Positions 50,754 through 61,587 of a stretch of DNA of 64,000 nt are shown here, piece after piece. A model generated the notes under the pieces. The model did not search any database. It had not been told where the DNA came from and saw nothing but the letters and a program-made list of their open reading frames with translations. The position numbers and the translations under genes were made by a program. The first letter of the stretch is position 1, and every line of letters begins with the position of its first letter. Source of the DNA: an uncultured Methanobrevibacter sp. (GTDB lineage Archaea; Methanobacteriota; Methanobacteria; Methanobacteriales; Methanobacteriaceae); assembly GCA_900314605.1 (NCBI GenBank), contig OMVX01000004.1, forward strand, positions 8,226-72,225. The letters run 5' to 3'.

Positions 50754-52310
50754 ATGGAAAATATTATAGGTCGTAGTATAGGTGAAACTTCACTAACACA
50801 GATAAGCTTTATATCTAAAGATATGCCAAAAATGGGTGAATATGTTACAATGGAATATAATAATCAAATAATACTTGGAATGATTGAATCATTAGTTCGT
50901 GGAAGTGTATCTCTTAATGCTGATATATATGATCCAGATACAATTTATCGTATAAGAAGTATTGAAGGAGATGATTATTATATTAAAGGTACAATAAAAA
51001 TTCTTGGAGATATTGATAATTTAAAAATTCCACGTACTCCTGCACCACCTGCAACTGAAATAAAAATTGCAAGTAAGGAAATTTTAAATAAAGTCTTTAA
51101 AAATGAAAATGGTTTAAAATTAGGTAATTTAATTTCTAATGATAATGTTTCTGTAAAATTAGATATTAATAAAATGGTATCACGTCATCTTGCTATACTT
51201 GCTATGACAGGAGCGGGTAAGTCTAATACTGTTAGTGTATTAATAGATGGATTACTTGAGAAAAATGGTTGTCCTTTTATTTTTGATATGCATTCTGAAT
51301 ATGTTAATGCTGATTTTCCAAATGGTAAAGTTAATATCATTAAACCTGTAATAAATCCATTACATATGGATTTTCCAGAGATCCAATCACTTGCTAATAT
51401 TAGATCAAATTCTTATATTCAGGAAAGATACTTTAGAAAGGCTTTTTATCTTGCTAAAAAGGAAATTAGAAGTGGAACAGCATCTAGTCAAAATTTTATT
51501 CAAATCATTAAAGATTTCCTTAATTATTGGTATGGTGATGGAACAGAAAGTGAAAAAGTAACTTATAATAATGAAATTATCTTCAATACCATATCTTCTA
51601 AGGATAAAAATTCTATTATGGATGTTTTAAACAAATTAGATGATTTGGAAGATAAATATGGGAAACTTTTTAACACTAATATAAATAGTATATTATCTCA
51701 AATAGAACTTGGTCAAGCTAATGTTATAGATTTAGGACAAGTTGATGATTTAATTTCTGAAGTTCTTGTTGAACATATACTTAGAGTTTCTCTTAAAAGT
51801 CGAAAAGATTATATTCATGGTAAAAAAGATGAACTCTCTTATCCAATATTCTTTGTTCTTGAAGAGGCTCATATTTTAGCTCCTAATGGACGTGATCCTA
51901 AATCTAAATATTGGATTAGAAGAATTGCTCGTGAAGGGCGTAAATTTGGTTTAGGATTATGTTTAGTTAGCCAATCTCCTAAAACAATAGACCCTGATGC
52001 TCTATCTCAGGCAAATAATATGATTATTTTAAGACTAGTTGAACCTAAAGATCAACGACATGTACAAACCGCAAGTGAATCTTTATCTGATGATTTGGTT
52101 ACTCAATTACCTTCTTTAAATATTGGGGAAGCTTTGGTTTTAGGGTTGATGACTAAGGTTCCTACACTTGTTAAAGTTGATGAATTTAAAGGTCGTAGTG
52201 TTGGAGGAGATATTGATATTTTAAATGCTTGGTCAAGTGAAGTTCAAAATGAACAAGTAGAATTAGAAAAACAAATGGAAGAATCTAAATCCTTAGATGG
52301 TTTATATTAA
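50754..52310 (+). CDS. herA: Bipolar DNA helicase/translocase HerA
   Basis: HAS barrel N-terminus, RHLAILAMTGAGKS, LEEAH, AREGRKFG, SQSP, LPSLNIGEAL. Confidence 0.95.
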   Translation: MENIIGRSIGETSLTQISFISKDMPKMGEYVTMEYNNQIILGMIESLVRGSVSLNADIYDPDTIYRIRSIEGDDYYIKGTIKILGDIDNLKIPRTPAPPATEIKIASKEILNKVFKNENGLKLGNLISNDNVSVKLDINKMVSRHLAILAMTGAGKSNTVSVLIDGLLEKNGCPFIFDMHSEYVNADFPNGKVNIIKPVINPLHMDFPEIQSLANIRSNSYIQERYFRKAFYLAKKEIRSGTASSQNFIQIIKDFLNYWYGDGTESEKVTYNNEIIFNTISSKDKNSIMDVLNKLDDLEDKYGKLFNTNINSILSQIELGQANVIDLGQVDDLISEVLVEHILRVSLKSRKDYIHGKKDELSYPIFFVLEEAHILAPNGRDPKSKYWIRRIAREGRKFGLGLCLVSQSPKTIDPDALSQANNMIILRLVEPKDQRHVQTASESLSDDLVTQLPSLNIGEALVLGLMTKVPTLVKVDEFKGRSVGGDIDILNAWSSEVQNEQVELEKQMEESKSLDGLY

Positions 52311-52710
52311 TTATATTTTCTTAATTTTTAAATTTCTAAAATTAATTTCATTATTTTTAAAATATAGAAATATACTTATTATTTTTATTAAAAATCCATT
52401 AATGCTTCTTAATTGAATTATAAAAATAAAAATAATTAAATTCTAAGCATATAAATATATTAAATATAATTTTATTTAATTATTTACTTCTCTTATTTAT
52501 TAATTTAATTTATTTAATAATATTTATATGTAGATTTTAATAAAATATAATAAGTAAATTTAAAAAATAATTTTAATTATTTACTAATTATTATTATTAA
52601 ATTTCTTTATTAATTATAAAATTAATTAATAAACTTTAATTTAGGAATATATTACTATTAAAAAATAATCAATATTTAATTATAATAAATTTTTCTTTAT
52701 TTGTGATAAT

Positions 52711-53847
52711 ATGAGATTTGCACATTTATCTGATACTCATTTAGGTTATAGGCAATATGGGTTAATTGACCGAGAAAAAGATTTTTACGATGCTTTTGAG
52801 CGAATTGTTGATAAAATAATAGAATTAGATTTAGATTTTGTAATTCATAGTGGGGATTTATTTGATAATTCCCGTCCTTCTACAGATGCTCTTATCGTAG
52901 TACAAAAAGAAATTAATAAGTTATCTGATGCAGGTATTCCAATATATGCTATTGCAGGTAATCATGATTTGTCCCGTAGATTAAACCCTATTCCTCCTCA
53001 AGTATTATTTAGAGATAATGGAATTAGATTAATTAGTCCTATTAAACCTTATTTCAAAGAAAAAGATTTATTTATCGGCGGTATCCCTTATATGCCTCAA
53101 AATAGAAATCTTGCATTTAAAGAAAAATTAAATACTTTATCTAAAAAAGCTGCTGATGTTAAAAATAAAATCTTAGTATTACATCAAGGTATCGATAAAT
53201 ATATTCCTCAATATGAAGTGGAAATTGGAGATATTCCTAGTAATTTTAATTATTATGCTATGGGTCATTTACATAATTATATTAATGATGAATATGGCCA
53301 AGGCCGTTTAGTATATCCAGGATCAACTGAAATTTGGAAATCTAATGAATTGAGTGATTATAATCTTAACGGTAAAGGTTTTGTTTTAGTAGATATGGAA
53401 GATGGTCAAGTAGAAACTGAAAGAATTTCAGTAGATATTCCTCGTAAATTTATTAATGTTCAAGTAGAATATGATAATTTCTATAAGGAAATGCCTAAGT
53501 TAAAAAATGAGATTAGTAAACTTGATTTACCACCTATTATTAATTTAAATGTTTTTGGTAATGATTTTTCTAGTAGTGAGGTTTATGATTATTTAACTAG
53601 ACATCTTTCAGATCTATGTTTATCATTTAGACCTACTTTTAATATTGAACAAAAATATGAAGAGTTAATAGATTTTAAAGAAGGTTCTATTAATATTAAT
53701 AGATTGATTGCTGAAAAATTTGAAGATGAAGGAGAAGACGTTGTTAAATTCACAATTAATTTATTTGAAGAACTGTCTAAAGATAAATTAGAAGCTGCTG
53801 AGGATAGTATTAAGATTTTCTATGACAATAGATATGGGGGTAATTAG
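52711..53847 (+). CDS. mre11: DNA repair exonuclease Mre11
   Basis: AHLSDTHLG, SGDLFD, AGNHD, LHQG, GHLH, YPGS. Confidence 0.96.
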   Translation: MRFAHLSDTHLGYRQYGLIDREKDFYDAFERIVDKIIELDLDFVIHSGDLFDNSRPSTDALIVVQKEINKLSDAGIPIYAIAGNHDLSRRLNPIPPQVLFRDNGIRLISPIKPYFKEKDLFIGGIPYMPQNRNLAFKEKLNTLSKKAADVKNKILVLHQGIDKYIPQYEVEIGDIPSNFNYYAMGHLHNYINDEYGQGRLVYPGSTEIWKSNELSDYNLNGKGFVLVDMEDGQVETERISVDIPRKFINVQVEYDNFYKEMPKLKNEISKLDLPPIINLNVFGNDFSSSEVYDYLTRHLSDLCLSFRPTFNIEQKYEELIDFKEGSININRLIAEKFEDEGEDVVKFTINLFEELSKDKLEAAEDSIKIFYDNRYGGN

Positions 53848-56628
53848 ATGATTATTGAAAAAATAGAAATTAAAAATTTTAAAAGCCATTTAAACAGTGA
53901 AATTCAATTTAATCCTGGTATTACCCTTATAATAGGTGAAAATGGTGCTGGTAAATCAACTATTTTAGAAGCAATTAGTTTTGCTTTATATAAACAGCAT
54001 TCTTCATCAAAACTTTCAGATTTAATTCGAACCACCAATAATAATCAAGTTTATAATACTATGGAAGTATCTTTAATTTTTATTTCCAATGGTAATCATT
54101 ATAAAATTGTTAGGACTAGAGATAAATCTAAATCTGCTTCAACTTTATATTCTCTTTACTTAAATGAAGATAATACTTATAAAATTAAGGATATACTATG
54201 TGAAGGAGATAAAAATGTAAACAAGGAAATTGAAAGAATTTTACAAATGGATGCAGATTTATTCTTAAATGCTATTTATGTTAGACAAGGAGAAATAGCG
54301 GAGCTAATAAGTAAAACCCCTTCTCAGAAAAAAAAACTTATAGCTAAATTATTAGGGATAGATTCCCTTGAAAAATCATGGAATAATATTAAACCATTTA
54401 TTTCTAACTATGAAAATTTGGAATCAGAATATAAAGGTAAATTATCAAAGAAAGAATTTAATTATAATGAACTTAAAGAGAAACAATTAATCTCTCAAAA
54501 TTTAAATACAGAAATTACTAAAATTCAAGAAGAATTAAACCAGATTAATACAATTTATTCTGATTTAAAAGTGGAAAAAGATAAATTACAAGATAATAAA
54601 GATAAATATTTTAATCTTAAAAATCAAATAGATGTTTCTTTAACCGAAATCGATTTGTTAAAAGAGGAAAAATCTGAACTTCAATCCCAACTAGATGATA
54701 TTAGAAAAAATGAAATAGAAATTAGAAGACTTGAAAAATATGTAGATAAACTTCCTGTTTATAAAGAATATAGAGAAGCATGTCTTAATTTAATGGAAAT
54801 CACTAAAAAGAAACAGGATTTAATTAAACAAAAGGAAAATTTTATAGAGCAAAATAATATTCTTTCAGAAAATGAAATAATTTACAATGATTATATTCGT
54901 CTTGAAAATATTATTAATGAGTTAAAAGAGGATAAATCAGATATTGAATCAGAACTTAAAGTTTATGATAAAATCATTAAAGATAAAAACTCTATTGAAA
55001 AGGAATACAATAAAGAACTCCATAATTTAAATAATTTTAAACAAAAATTAAAAGAAAATTTATCAGAATATCATCAAGATTTAGAAGAGGATTATGCTTT
55101 AACTAATGTAAGTAAATTTATTTCAGAATTTATTAAAAACTTGGAAGCTAAAGTCATTGAAATAGAAGATTCTATTTCAAATAAAAAATCACAAAACTCA
55201 AAGTTTACAGAAATTATTGCTCAAAATGAAAAACCTTTAAAAGATTTAGAATCTGTTGGAGATAAATGTCCAATATGTCAATCTAATATTTCTAACCAGA
55301 AAAAGCTTGATTTGAAAAAATTATATAAAGAATCTATATATGATTCTACTAATATTATAAATCAAAATAAAGAAGATATTAAAAATTTAGAATCTGATAA
55401 AATAATTATTAAAGATAAAATTAGCAATCTTATTAATATTGAGAAGGATGTCTCTTCTCATTTATATTTAATAGACAAAATTGAAGAACTAAAAAATAAA
55501 TTAGATTTAATTAATAAAGAAATTGATAATTTTAATGTTAATAATGATGATTTTAATAATTTAACCGAAAAAATTCAAATCGAAACTGATAGGCGTAATT
55601 TATCTAAAGAAGGGTATAATAAATATATTAAGGCTAAAGGTGCTATGGAACTTATAACTCCATTAAATGAAATAGATAATACTTTAAAACTTTTAGAAAA
55701 TGACCAAGATCATGAAGTTAAAATTATTAAAATAGCTATCAGTAAGGACAGTAGTTTAAATCAAGATATGGATATTGATGAGATAAATGGTAAAATTAAT
55801 GATTTAGAAAATAAGGTATCTAATTATAATTTACTTCAGGGAACTGTTAAAAATAAAACTAATATTGAATCAAAATTATTATTTAAAAAAGAATCTCTTG
55901 AAGAAAAACATCAGCATCTATTAAAATATGAAGAGGCTCTTAAATCATTTAATTATAATGAAGATAAATATAACTCACTTGCTATTCAAATAATTAATAT
56001 TGAAGATAAAGTCTTAAATTTATCAAATACGAAATCAAGATTAGAAGGAGAGTTAAAATCTATTAACGAAAATATAACTCTACTTCAAAATCAAGAAGAT
56101 GAATATAAACTTATGGAAATTGAATATAAGAATGTTTCTGATTATAAACTATTTTTAGAAAAGATTCGAAATCTTTTTTCCAAAGAAGGACTTCAAGAGG
56201 ATTTAAGAAAATTATCTAGACCTACTATTCAAAAATATACTAAAGATTTCTTTGAAGAATTTAATTTTGATTATTCTAGTTTAATTTTAGATGATGATTT
56301 TAATGTTACTCTTTATGGTCCTGAAGGAGAATCTAGTTTAAATATGGTTAGTGGTGGTGAAAAAATAGCAATTGCTCTTGCACTTAGACTTGGAATTACT
56401 AAAGCAATGAGTAGTGGCACTATAGAAACAATTCTTTTAGACGAACCAACTATCCATCTTGACAGTTATCGTAGAGTAGAATTAATAGCTTTATTAAGAA
56501 AAATGTCTTCTCTTCCACAAATGATTATTGTAACACACGATGAAGAATTGGAAAATGCTGCAGATAATATTATAAAAGTTAATAAAAATAATGGAATTTC
56601 TAGTGTTGTTGATGAAGCAGATAAATAA
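53848..56628 (+). CDS. rad50: DNA repair ATPase Rad50
   Basis: Walker A GENGAGKS, Q-loop YVRQGE, CPIC zinc hook, long coiled coils, SGGE signature, LLDEPT, THD. Confidence 0.96.
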   Translation: MIIEKIEIKNFKSHLNSEIQFNPGITLIIGENGAGKSTILEAISFALYKQHSSSKLSDLIRTTNNNQVYNTMEVSLIFISNGNHYKIVRTRDKSKSASTLYSLYLNEDNTYKIKDILCEGDKNVNKEIERILQMDADLFLNAIYVRQGEIAELISKTPSQKKKLIAKLLGIDSLEKSWNNIKPFISNYENLESEYKGKLSKKEFNYNELKEKQLISQNLNTEITKIQEELNQINTIYSDLKVEKDKLQDNKDKYFNLKNQIDVSLTEIDLLKEEKSELQSQLDDIRKNEIEIRRLEKYVDKLPVYKEYREACLNLMEITKKKQDLIKQKENFIEQNNILSENEIIYNDYIRLENIINELKEDKSDIESELKVYDKIIKDKNSIEKEYNKELHNLNNFKQKLKENLSEYHQDLEEDYALTNVSKFISEFIKNLEAKVIEIEDSISNKKSQNSKFTEIIAQNEKPLKDLESVGDKCPICQSNISNQKKLDLKKLYKESIYDSTNIINQNKEDIKNLESDKIIIKDKISNLINIEKDVSSHLYLIDKIEELKNKLDLINKEIDNFNVNNDDFNNLTEKIQIETDRRNLSKEGYNKYIKAKGAMELITPLNEIDNTLKLLENDQDHEVKIIKIAISKDSSLNQDMDIDEINGKINDLENKVSNYNLLQGTVKNKTNIESKLLFKKESLEEKHQHLLKYEEALKSFNYNEDKYNSLAIQIINIEDKVLNLSNTKSRLEGELKSINENITLLQNQEDEYKLMEIEYKNVSDYKLFLEKIRNLFSKEGLQEDLRKLSRPTIQKYTKDFFEEFNFDYSSLILDDDFNVTLYGPEGESSLNMVSGGEKIAIALALRLGITKAMSSGTIETILLDEPTIHLDSYRRVELIALLRKMSSLPQMIIVTHDEELENAADNIIKVNKNNGISSVVDEADK

Positions 56629-56649
56629 TTATTTAAATATAACTTAATA

Positions 56650-57066
56650 TTAATAATCATCTAATTCGTCATATTCTCCATTTACAACATTTTTTATTTC
56701 ATCTACAATACAGTTAGCATTCCATCCTATAATTGTAGTTGCAATTGATTCTAAATTTTCAGGTACTTCTTCTACACCATAAGGTCTAATAAGAACAATA
56801 GGAATATTATAATGTTTAGATGCATTTATTATATCATCTATTTCATCCTTATTATTGTTGTAAACTCCACTAAGTATTATAATAACATCAATTTTATTAA
56901 AAAAACTTTCAGGCATATGACTATAAGAAGCAGCCACAGATTCTTTCCATAAAAAATCGGTTTTAGAATATAATTTTTCATAAAATTGCTTATGATCATT
57001 TGATTTACTTTCCCCTCGTGAAATTAGTAAATTATAAATTTTATTATCTTTTTCTTCTTCAAACAT
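56650..57066 (-). CDS. MTH538-family TIR-like (DUF1863) protein
   Basis: DVIIILSG...IRPYGVEEVPENLE...IIGWNANCI closely matches the MTH538 pattern as recalled; adjacent to rad50. Confidence 0.8.
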   Translation of the reverse strand: MFEEEKDNKIYNLLISRGESKSNDHKQFYEKLYSKTDFLWKESVAASYSHMPESFFNKIDVIIILSGVYNNNKDEIDDIINASKHYNIPIVLIRPYGVEEVPENLESIATTIIGWNANCIVDEIKNVVNGEYDELDDY

Positions 57067-57495
57067 AATTTGACCTTTTATATTATTTTGTTTAATATAC
57101 TTATATATATTTAATAATTTTTAATTAATTAATAAATAAATTTTAAATTTATTGTAATTTTATATTATTTTCTTTTTAATTAAACATTCATTTTAAAATA
57201 TTATTAATTATAATAATAAAATATAATAAATATAATATATTTTTAAACGGATTTTTGTATATTTTTATAGAATTTTATTAGAAAATCATATATAAAATTA
57301 TTTAAATAAATTTTTATATATTATAATATACTTTTTAAATTAAAAATAAAATTCTTAAATTTAATAAATTAGAATATTTTATAAAAATTCTAATTTTTTA
57401 ATAATAAATATTAATTTCATTATTAAATTACTATTAAACTATAATAATTTTATTTAGACATTTTTTTTTTTATAAAATATGAAGGTTATATTAAA

Positions 57496-58785
57496 ATGAA
57501 AGCTGCGGTTATAGGACTAGGTGTTGAAGGTAGAAGTGCTTCAAAATCTTTATTAAAGCATGGTTGGTCAGTTTATGCATCAGACTTACAGACGGATATT
57601 AATTTAAAAGATCTTGGTATGCCTATAACTGATATTAATGTTTCAACCGATAATACAGAACAGATATCAATTGTTGCAGATGATATTTATATTGATTTAG
57701 GTTCTAATGATATTAACCAAATTAATTCATGTGATGCAATTGTATTAAGTCCTAGTATGTGGAAAAGTAAGTTTGCAAATCAATTTAAATCCTCAGGTAA
57801 ATTACTGCAGGATATATTAACCAAACATAGAACAATATATACTATTGGTGTAACTGGAACTAATGGAAAAACTACTTCTGTTTATATGATTAAATCTATT
57901 TTAGAAGATGGAGGTAAAAAAGTTTTAGTAGGTGGTAATGCTGGGGGAGGTTTTAAAGGATATTATGATTTGATTCTTGAAGCTTACATTGGAGATTATG
58001 ATGTTATATTAGTTGAAGTATGTGATATGACCTTAAGTTTCTGTAATGATTGTTTTGATTTTGATCTTATTGCTCTTACTAATATGGGAAATGATCATAT
58101 GGATGTACATGGTAGTATGGAAAACTATCGAGATGAACTGATTCATTTATTTAACAATAAAAAAATAATCATTCCAGAGAATCATCAATATCTTGAAGAT
58201 TTTTCTAAAGTCAGCATAAATCATAATATTTTTACAGAGTATCCTTTTGATTTTAATTTAGTTGGTAATTTTAATCGTCTCAATGCTGGTCTTGCTCTAG
58301 AAGTTGCTAGAGAAATTGGTATTTCAGATAATATTACAAAGAATACTTTAAAAAATTTCCAAGCGGTAGAAGGAAGACTTAAAGTATTTAACTTATATGA
58401 GTCTAGTATTTATATTGGTAAAACTGACAATTCAGATGCTGTTAAATCTATTTTTGATGAGGTTGATTTCTATGCAGCATTTATAGGAACTCCTAGACCT
58501 AATGAAAAACATCGTTTAGATATTTTAGATGAAGTTGTTCGTCATAATCCTAAGATTATTATTCTCTTTCCAGGTCTTGCTAATACAATTAATATGGCAA
58601 GATATCATCTGGATTTATTAAATTATAAAGGAGAAGTTTATATAGCTAATAATTTAGATGAATTAATTAGTTTTGTAGCAGAATATGCTCATGAAGACCC
58701 ATTATTTATTGGTGGTAATGGTCAAGAGGTTATTGTTTCTATTCAAAAACGTCTTGAAAAATTATGTAAAGTGTGTAATAGTTAA
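57496..58785 (+). CDS. Mur ligase family protein (pseudomurein peptide ligase, MurD-like)
   Basis: Rossmann VIGLGVEG, VLSPS, GVTGTNGKTT P-loop, DHMDVH, FNRLNA, EGRLK. Confidence 0.85.
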   Translation: MKAAVIGLGVEGRSASKSLLKHGWSVYASDLQTDINLKDLGMPITDINVSTDNTEQISIVADDIYIDLGSNDINQINSCDAIVLSPSMWKSKFANQFKSSGKLLQDILTKHRTIYTIGVTGTNGKTTSVYMIKSILEDGGKKVLVGGNAGGGFKGYYDLILEAYIGDYDVILVEVCDMTLSFCNDCFDFDLIALTNMGNDHMDVHGSMENYRDELIHLFNNKKIIIPENHQYLEDFSKVSINHNIFTEYPFDFNLVGNFNRLNAGLALEVAREIGISDNITKNTLKNFQAVEGRLKVFNLYESSIYIGKTDNSDAVKSIFDEVDFYAAFIGTPRPNEKHRLDILDEVVRHNPKIIILFPGLANTINMARYHLDLLNYKGEVYIANNLDELISFVAEYAHEDPLFIGGNGQEVIVSIQKRLEKLCKVCNS

Positions 58786-58914
58786 AAATAGTTTATATTT
58801 TAATATTTTTTATTAAAATCGATATCTTTTTAAATGATATCTTTAAGAAATTTATATGAAAAATTCAAATATGATTTTTTATTAACTTATTTATTTTATT
58901 TAGGATTGTAATAC

Positions 58915-60477
58915 ATGGATAGAGAAGATTTTATTTCTAGTTTGTCTAATGGTGTAGTGGTTTTAGGTGGATGTGGAATAGTAGGTAGTTTAATTGCTCG
59001 TATTTTAGCGTCACATAATATTGATGTGACTATTAAGGATTCTGTTTCAGAAACATTTCTCGAACCTATATTTAAAAATGAGGGTGTGCATTTGTGTTTA
59101 TCTCATCAATTAGATAATAATTCATTTAATAATATATCTGCTATTTTTATTGCCCCAAGTTTACTTAATAATAAAATATTTATGGGAAAGGTTAATAATT
59201 TTAATACAAATAATTTACCGATTTATTCTATTGATGAGATTTTAACCTATTTTACTCCTGATAAACCGGTTATAGGTGTAACAGGTACAAATGGTAAAAG
59301 TACTACAACACATAGCCTAAAACATATTTTCTCTGTAAATGGTTATAAAGTTCCTAGTCATGGTTTACCTATACAAGGAAATAATGAATATACTCCTTCA
59401 TTACAATCACGTTTAAGTGGAGATATTGGAATTTTAGAAATAGGTACTTTTGGTATTGCAGGTGAAATCTATACTTCTGCATCTAATTCTCATGTTAATA
59501 TGGGTGTTATAACTAATATTACACATGATCATTTAAATAATGGTAGTTATGAAGATTATATTAATTGTAAAAAGGAAATGATTCAAGTTGCAGATGAGCT
59601 TGTTTTAGATGGGGATGACCCAACATTGTTAAATATTGTAGAAACAGATAATAAAAAAATTTATTATTTTGGTATAAAAGATATGGATAATCCTCTTTTT
59701 AAAGATTCTAAATATAATATGACATGTCCAAAATGTGGATGCAAACTTAAATATGATATACATTATCTTAGAAGTTTAGGTGAATTTAATTGTGAGTGTG
59801 GTTTTACTAATCCTCCTTTAAATGTTTATGCAGATAATATTCAGATTATTAAAGAAAATAATATTACCAAAACTTCTTATACTATTCACTTTGAAGATCA
59901 AGAGTCAGCTACTATTAATTTACCTAATAGTGGTATTCATAATGTTTATAACTCACTTGCAGCTGCTTGTGCCGCTTGGAAATCTGGTTTAGATATTGAC
60001 CAGATTATTAAAGGAATAGAATCATTTAATGGAGTTCCAGGTAGATTAGAATATATTCATAATGACCCTACAATTATCATAGATTTTGCACATAATCCTG
60101 CAGGTGTAGAGACGATTATTAGAACTGTTTTACAACTTAAAACAGATAATAATAAGATTATTGTACTAAATACTATCTCATCAGAAAGTGGACGTGAAGG
60201 AGATATGGTTATTGCAGATGTACTTTCAAGTGCTGATATTGTTATTCCTGTCTCTTCATCTTCTGTAGAGATTTCAAAATATATCCAAACTAAGGTTGTT
60301 AATTTTGAAAATCAATCTAAGTTTAATAAAACAGGTACATTAGGTTCATCACCAGAACAAGTTGAAGAAGGTTTAAAGTTAGCATTAGAATTAAGTAACT
60401 CAAATGATATAATTCTTGTTTTAGGTGAAGCTGGTGTTAAATATTCTAAAAATGCATTAAATAAAATTTTACAATAA
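58915..60477 (+). CDS. Mur ligase family protein (pseudomurein peptide ligase, MurC-like, with Zn-ribbon insertion)
   Basis: VLGGCGIVGS, GVTGTNGKST, TNITHDHL, CPKC...CEC insertion, HNVYNSLAA, PGRLE, DFAHNP. Confidence 0.85.
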   Translation: MDREDFISSLSNGVVVLGGCGIVGSLIARILASHNIDVTIKDSVSETFLEPIFKNEGVHLCLSHQLDNNSFNNISAIFIAPSLLNNKIFMGKVNNFNTNNLPIYSIDEILTYFTPDKPVIGVTGTNGKSTTTHSLKHIFSVNGYKVPSHGLPIQGNNEYTPSLQSRLSGDIGILEIGTFGIAGEIYTSASNSHVNMGVITNITHDHLNNGSYEDYINCKKEMIQVADELVLDGDDPTLLNIVETDNKKIYYFGIKDMDNPLFKDSKYNMTCPKCGCKLKYDIHYLRSLGEFNCECGFTNPPLNVYADNIQIIKENNITKTSYTIHFEDQESATINLPNSGIHNVYNSLAAACAAWKSGLDIDQIIKGIESFNGVPGRLEYIHNDPTIIIDFAHNPAGVETIIRTVLQLKTDNNKIIVLNTISSESGREGDMVIADVLSSADIVIPVSSSSVEISKYIQTKVVNFENQSKFNKTGTLGSSPEQVEEGLKLALELSNSNDIILVLGEAGVKYSKNALNKILQ

Positions 60478-60532
60478 TCTTAAATCTAATTAACTATATT
60501 TAATAATTAAAAAGATAAATAATGGTGTAATA

Positions 60533-61225
60533 ATGGTAAGTGCAGTTGTTACAGGAGCTGGATTAAGTTCTAGAATGATATCTGATTTAGAAAGAAATAA
60601 TCTTCCTATACAGAATAAATTAACTCTTCCTTTATATAAAGATAAAGATATTTCAAAAACTATCCTGGAGTTTACTTTGGATAATGTATTTAACTCAAAT
60701 ATTGATGAATGTATTTTAGTACTAGGCCATTATAAAGATGAAATTATTGAATCATTAAATCAGGATTACCTTGATAAAGTTAAAATTGTTGAAAATAATC
60801 CTAAAGATGTATCTTTATCAATGTCATTATATAATGGTTTAAAAAATATAAACCATGAATATGTCTTATGTGTATCAGCAGACCAACCAACAATTACAAG
60901 TAGTACATATAAGAATATTATTAATTCATTTTTTAATAGTAACAATCCTAAAAAATCCATCACCTTTTTAAGAAGAAGAGAAATTGGACATTTAGAAAGT
61001 CCTTTAGGCCTTGGTATGCCTTTTACTGTTTCAAAAGACCTTATTATGCCTTATTTAAAAGATGGAGATTCTAATTTAAATCCTATTCTTAGAAAAATAT
61101 TTGATGATCGAATTCAATTTTATGCTGTTAAAGAACAATTTGACTTTGAACTTGTAAATATCAATCATTATACAGATTTAGAATTTGTTATTAAGAATAT
61201 AAATTTTCAGAATTACGAATTATAA
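60533..61225 (+). CDS. MobA-like nucleotidyltransferase (NTP_transf_3) linked to Mur ligases
   Basis: AVVTGAGLSSRM, NKL.LP, VLGH, MSLYNGL, SADQP, NINHYTD. Confidence 0.8.
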   Translation: MVSAVVTGAGLSSRMISDLERNNLPIQNKLTLPLYKDKDISKTILEFTLDNVFNSNIDECILVLGHYKDEIIESLNQDYLDKVKIVENNPKDVSLSMSLYNGLKNINHEYVLCVSADQPTITSSTYKNIINSFFNSNNPKKSITFLRRREIGHLESPLGLGMPFTVSKDLIMPYLKDGDSNLNPILRKIFDDRIQFYAVKEQFDFELVNINHYTDLEFVIKNINFQNYEL

Positions 61226-61587
61226 ACTTTTTTTTTATTATAATTATAATTATCTCTTTATTATTTTATTTTCTGAATAATCCATAATAAGATATTTTTA
61301 ATATTGTTTAATTAAAAGGGATTTATTTTTTAAATATTAAAAATCATTTATTGATTAATTTTTCTATAAATATATATTAAATCATAATTTTATAAATAGA
61401 GTAAACAATCATTAAAAATCATTTTTTAAATTATAAATTATAATTTTATAAAGAATTTAATCCTTATAATCACTTTTTGATATTTTTTATTGAAAATTCT
61501 ATTTTTAATATTACTATTTTAATAAAAAATCATATTTTACAAATAAATTTACAAATAATTATATAATAGTAAGTTAAATTATTATTA

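Noticed and set aside
49779-56628. HerA/NurA as a defence system
   Set aside because: The nurA-herA-mre11-rad50 arrangement is the standard archaeal double-strand break repair operon.
56650-57066. Thoeris anti-phage system
   Set aside because: Single TIR-like gene, no SIR2/Macro/TM effector in the window, catalytic Glu not evident, housekeeping neighbourhood.
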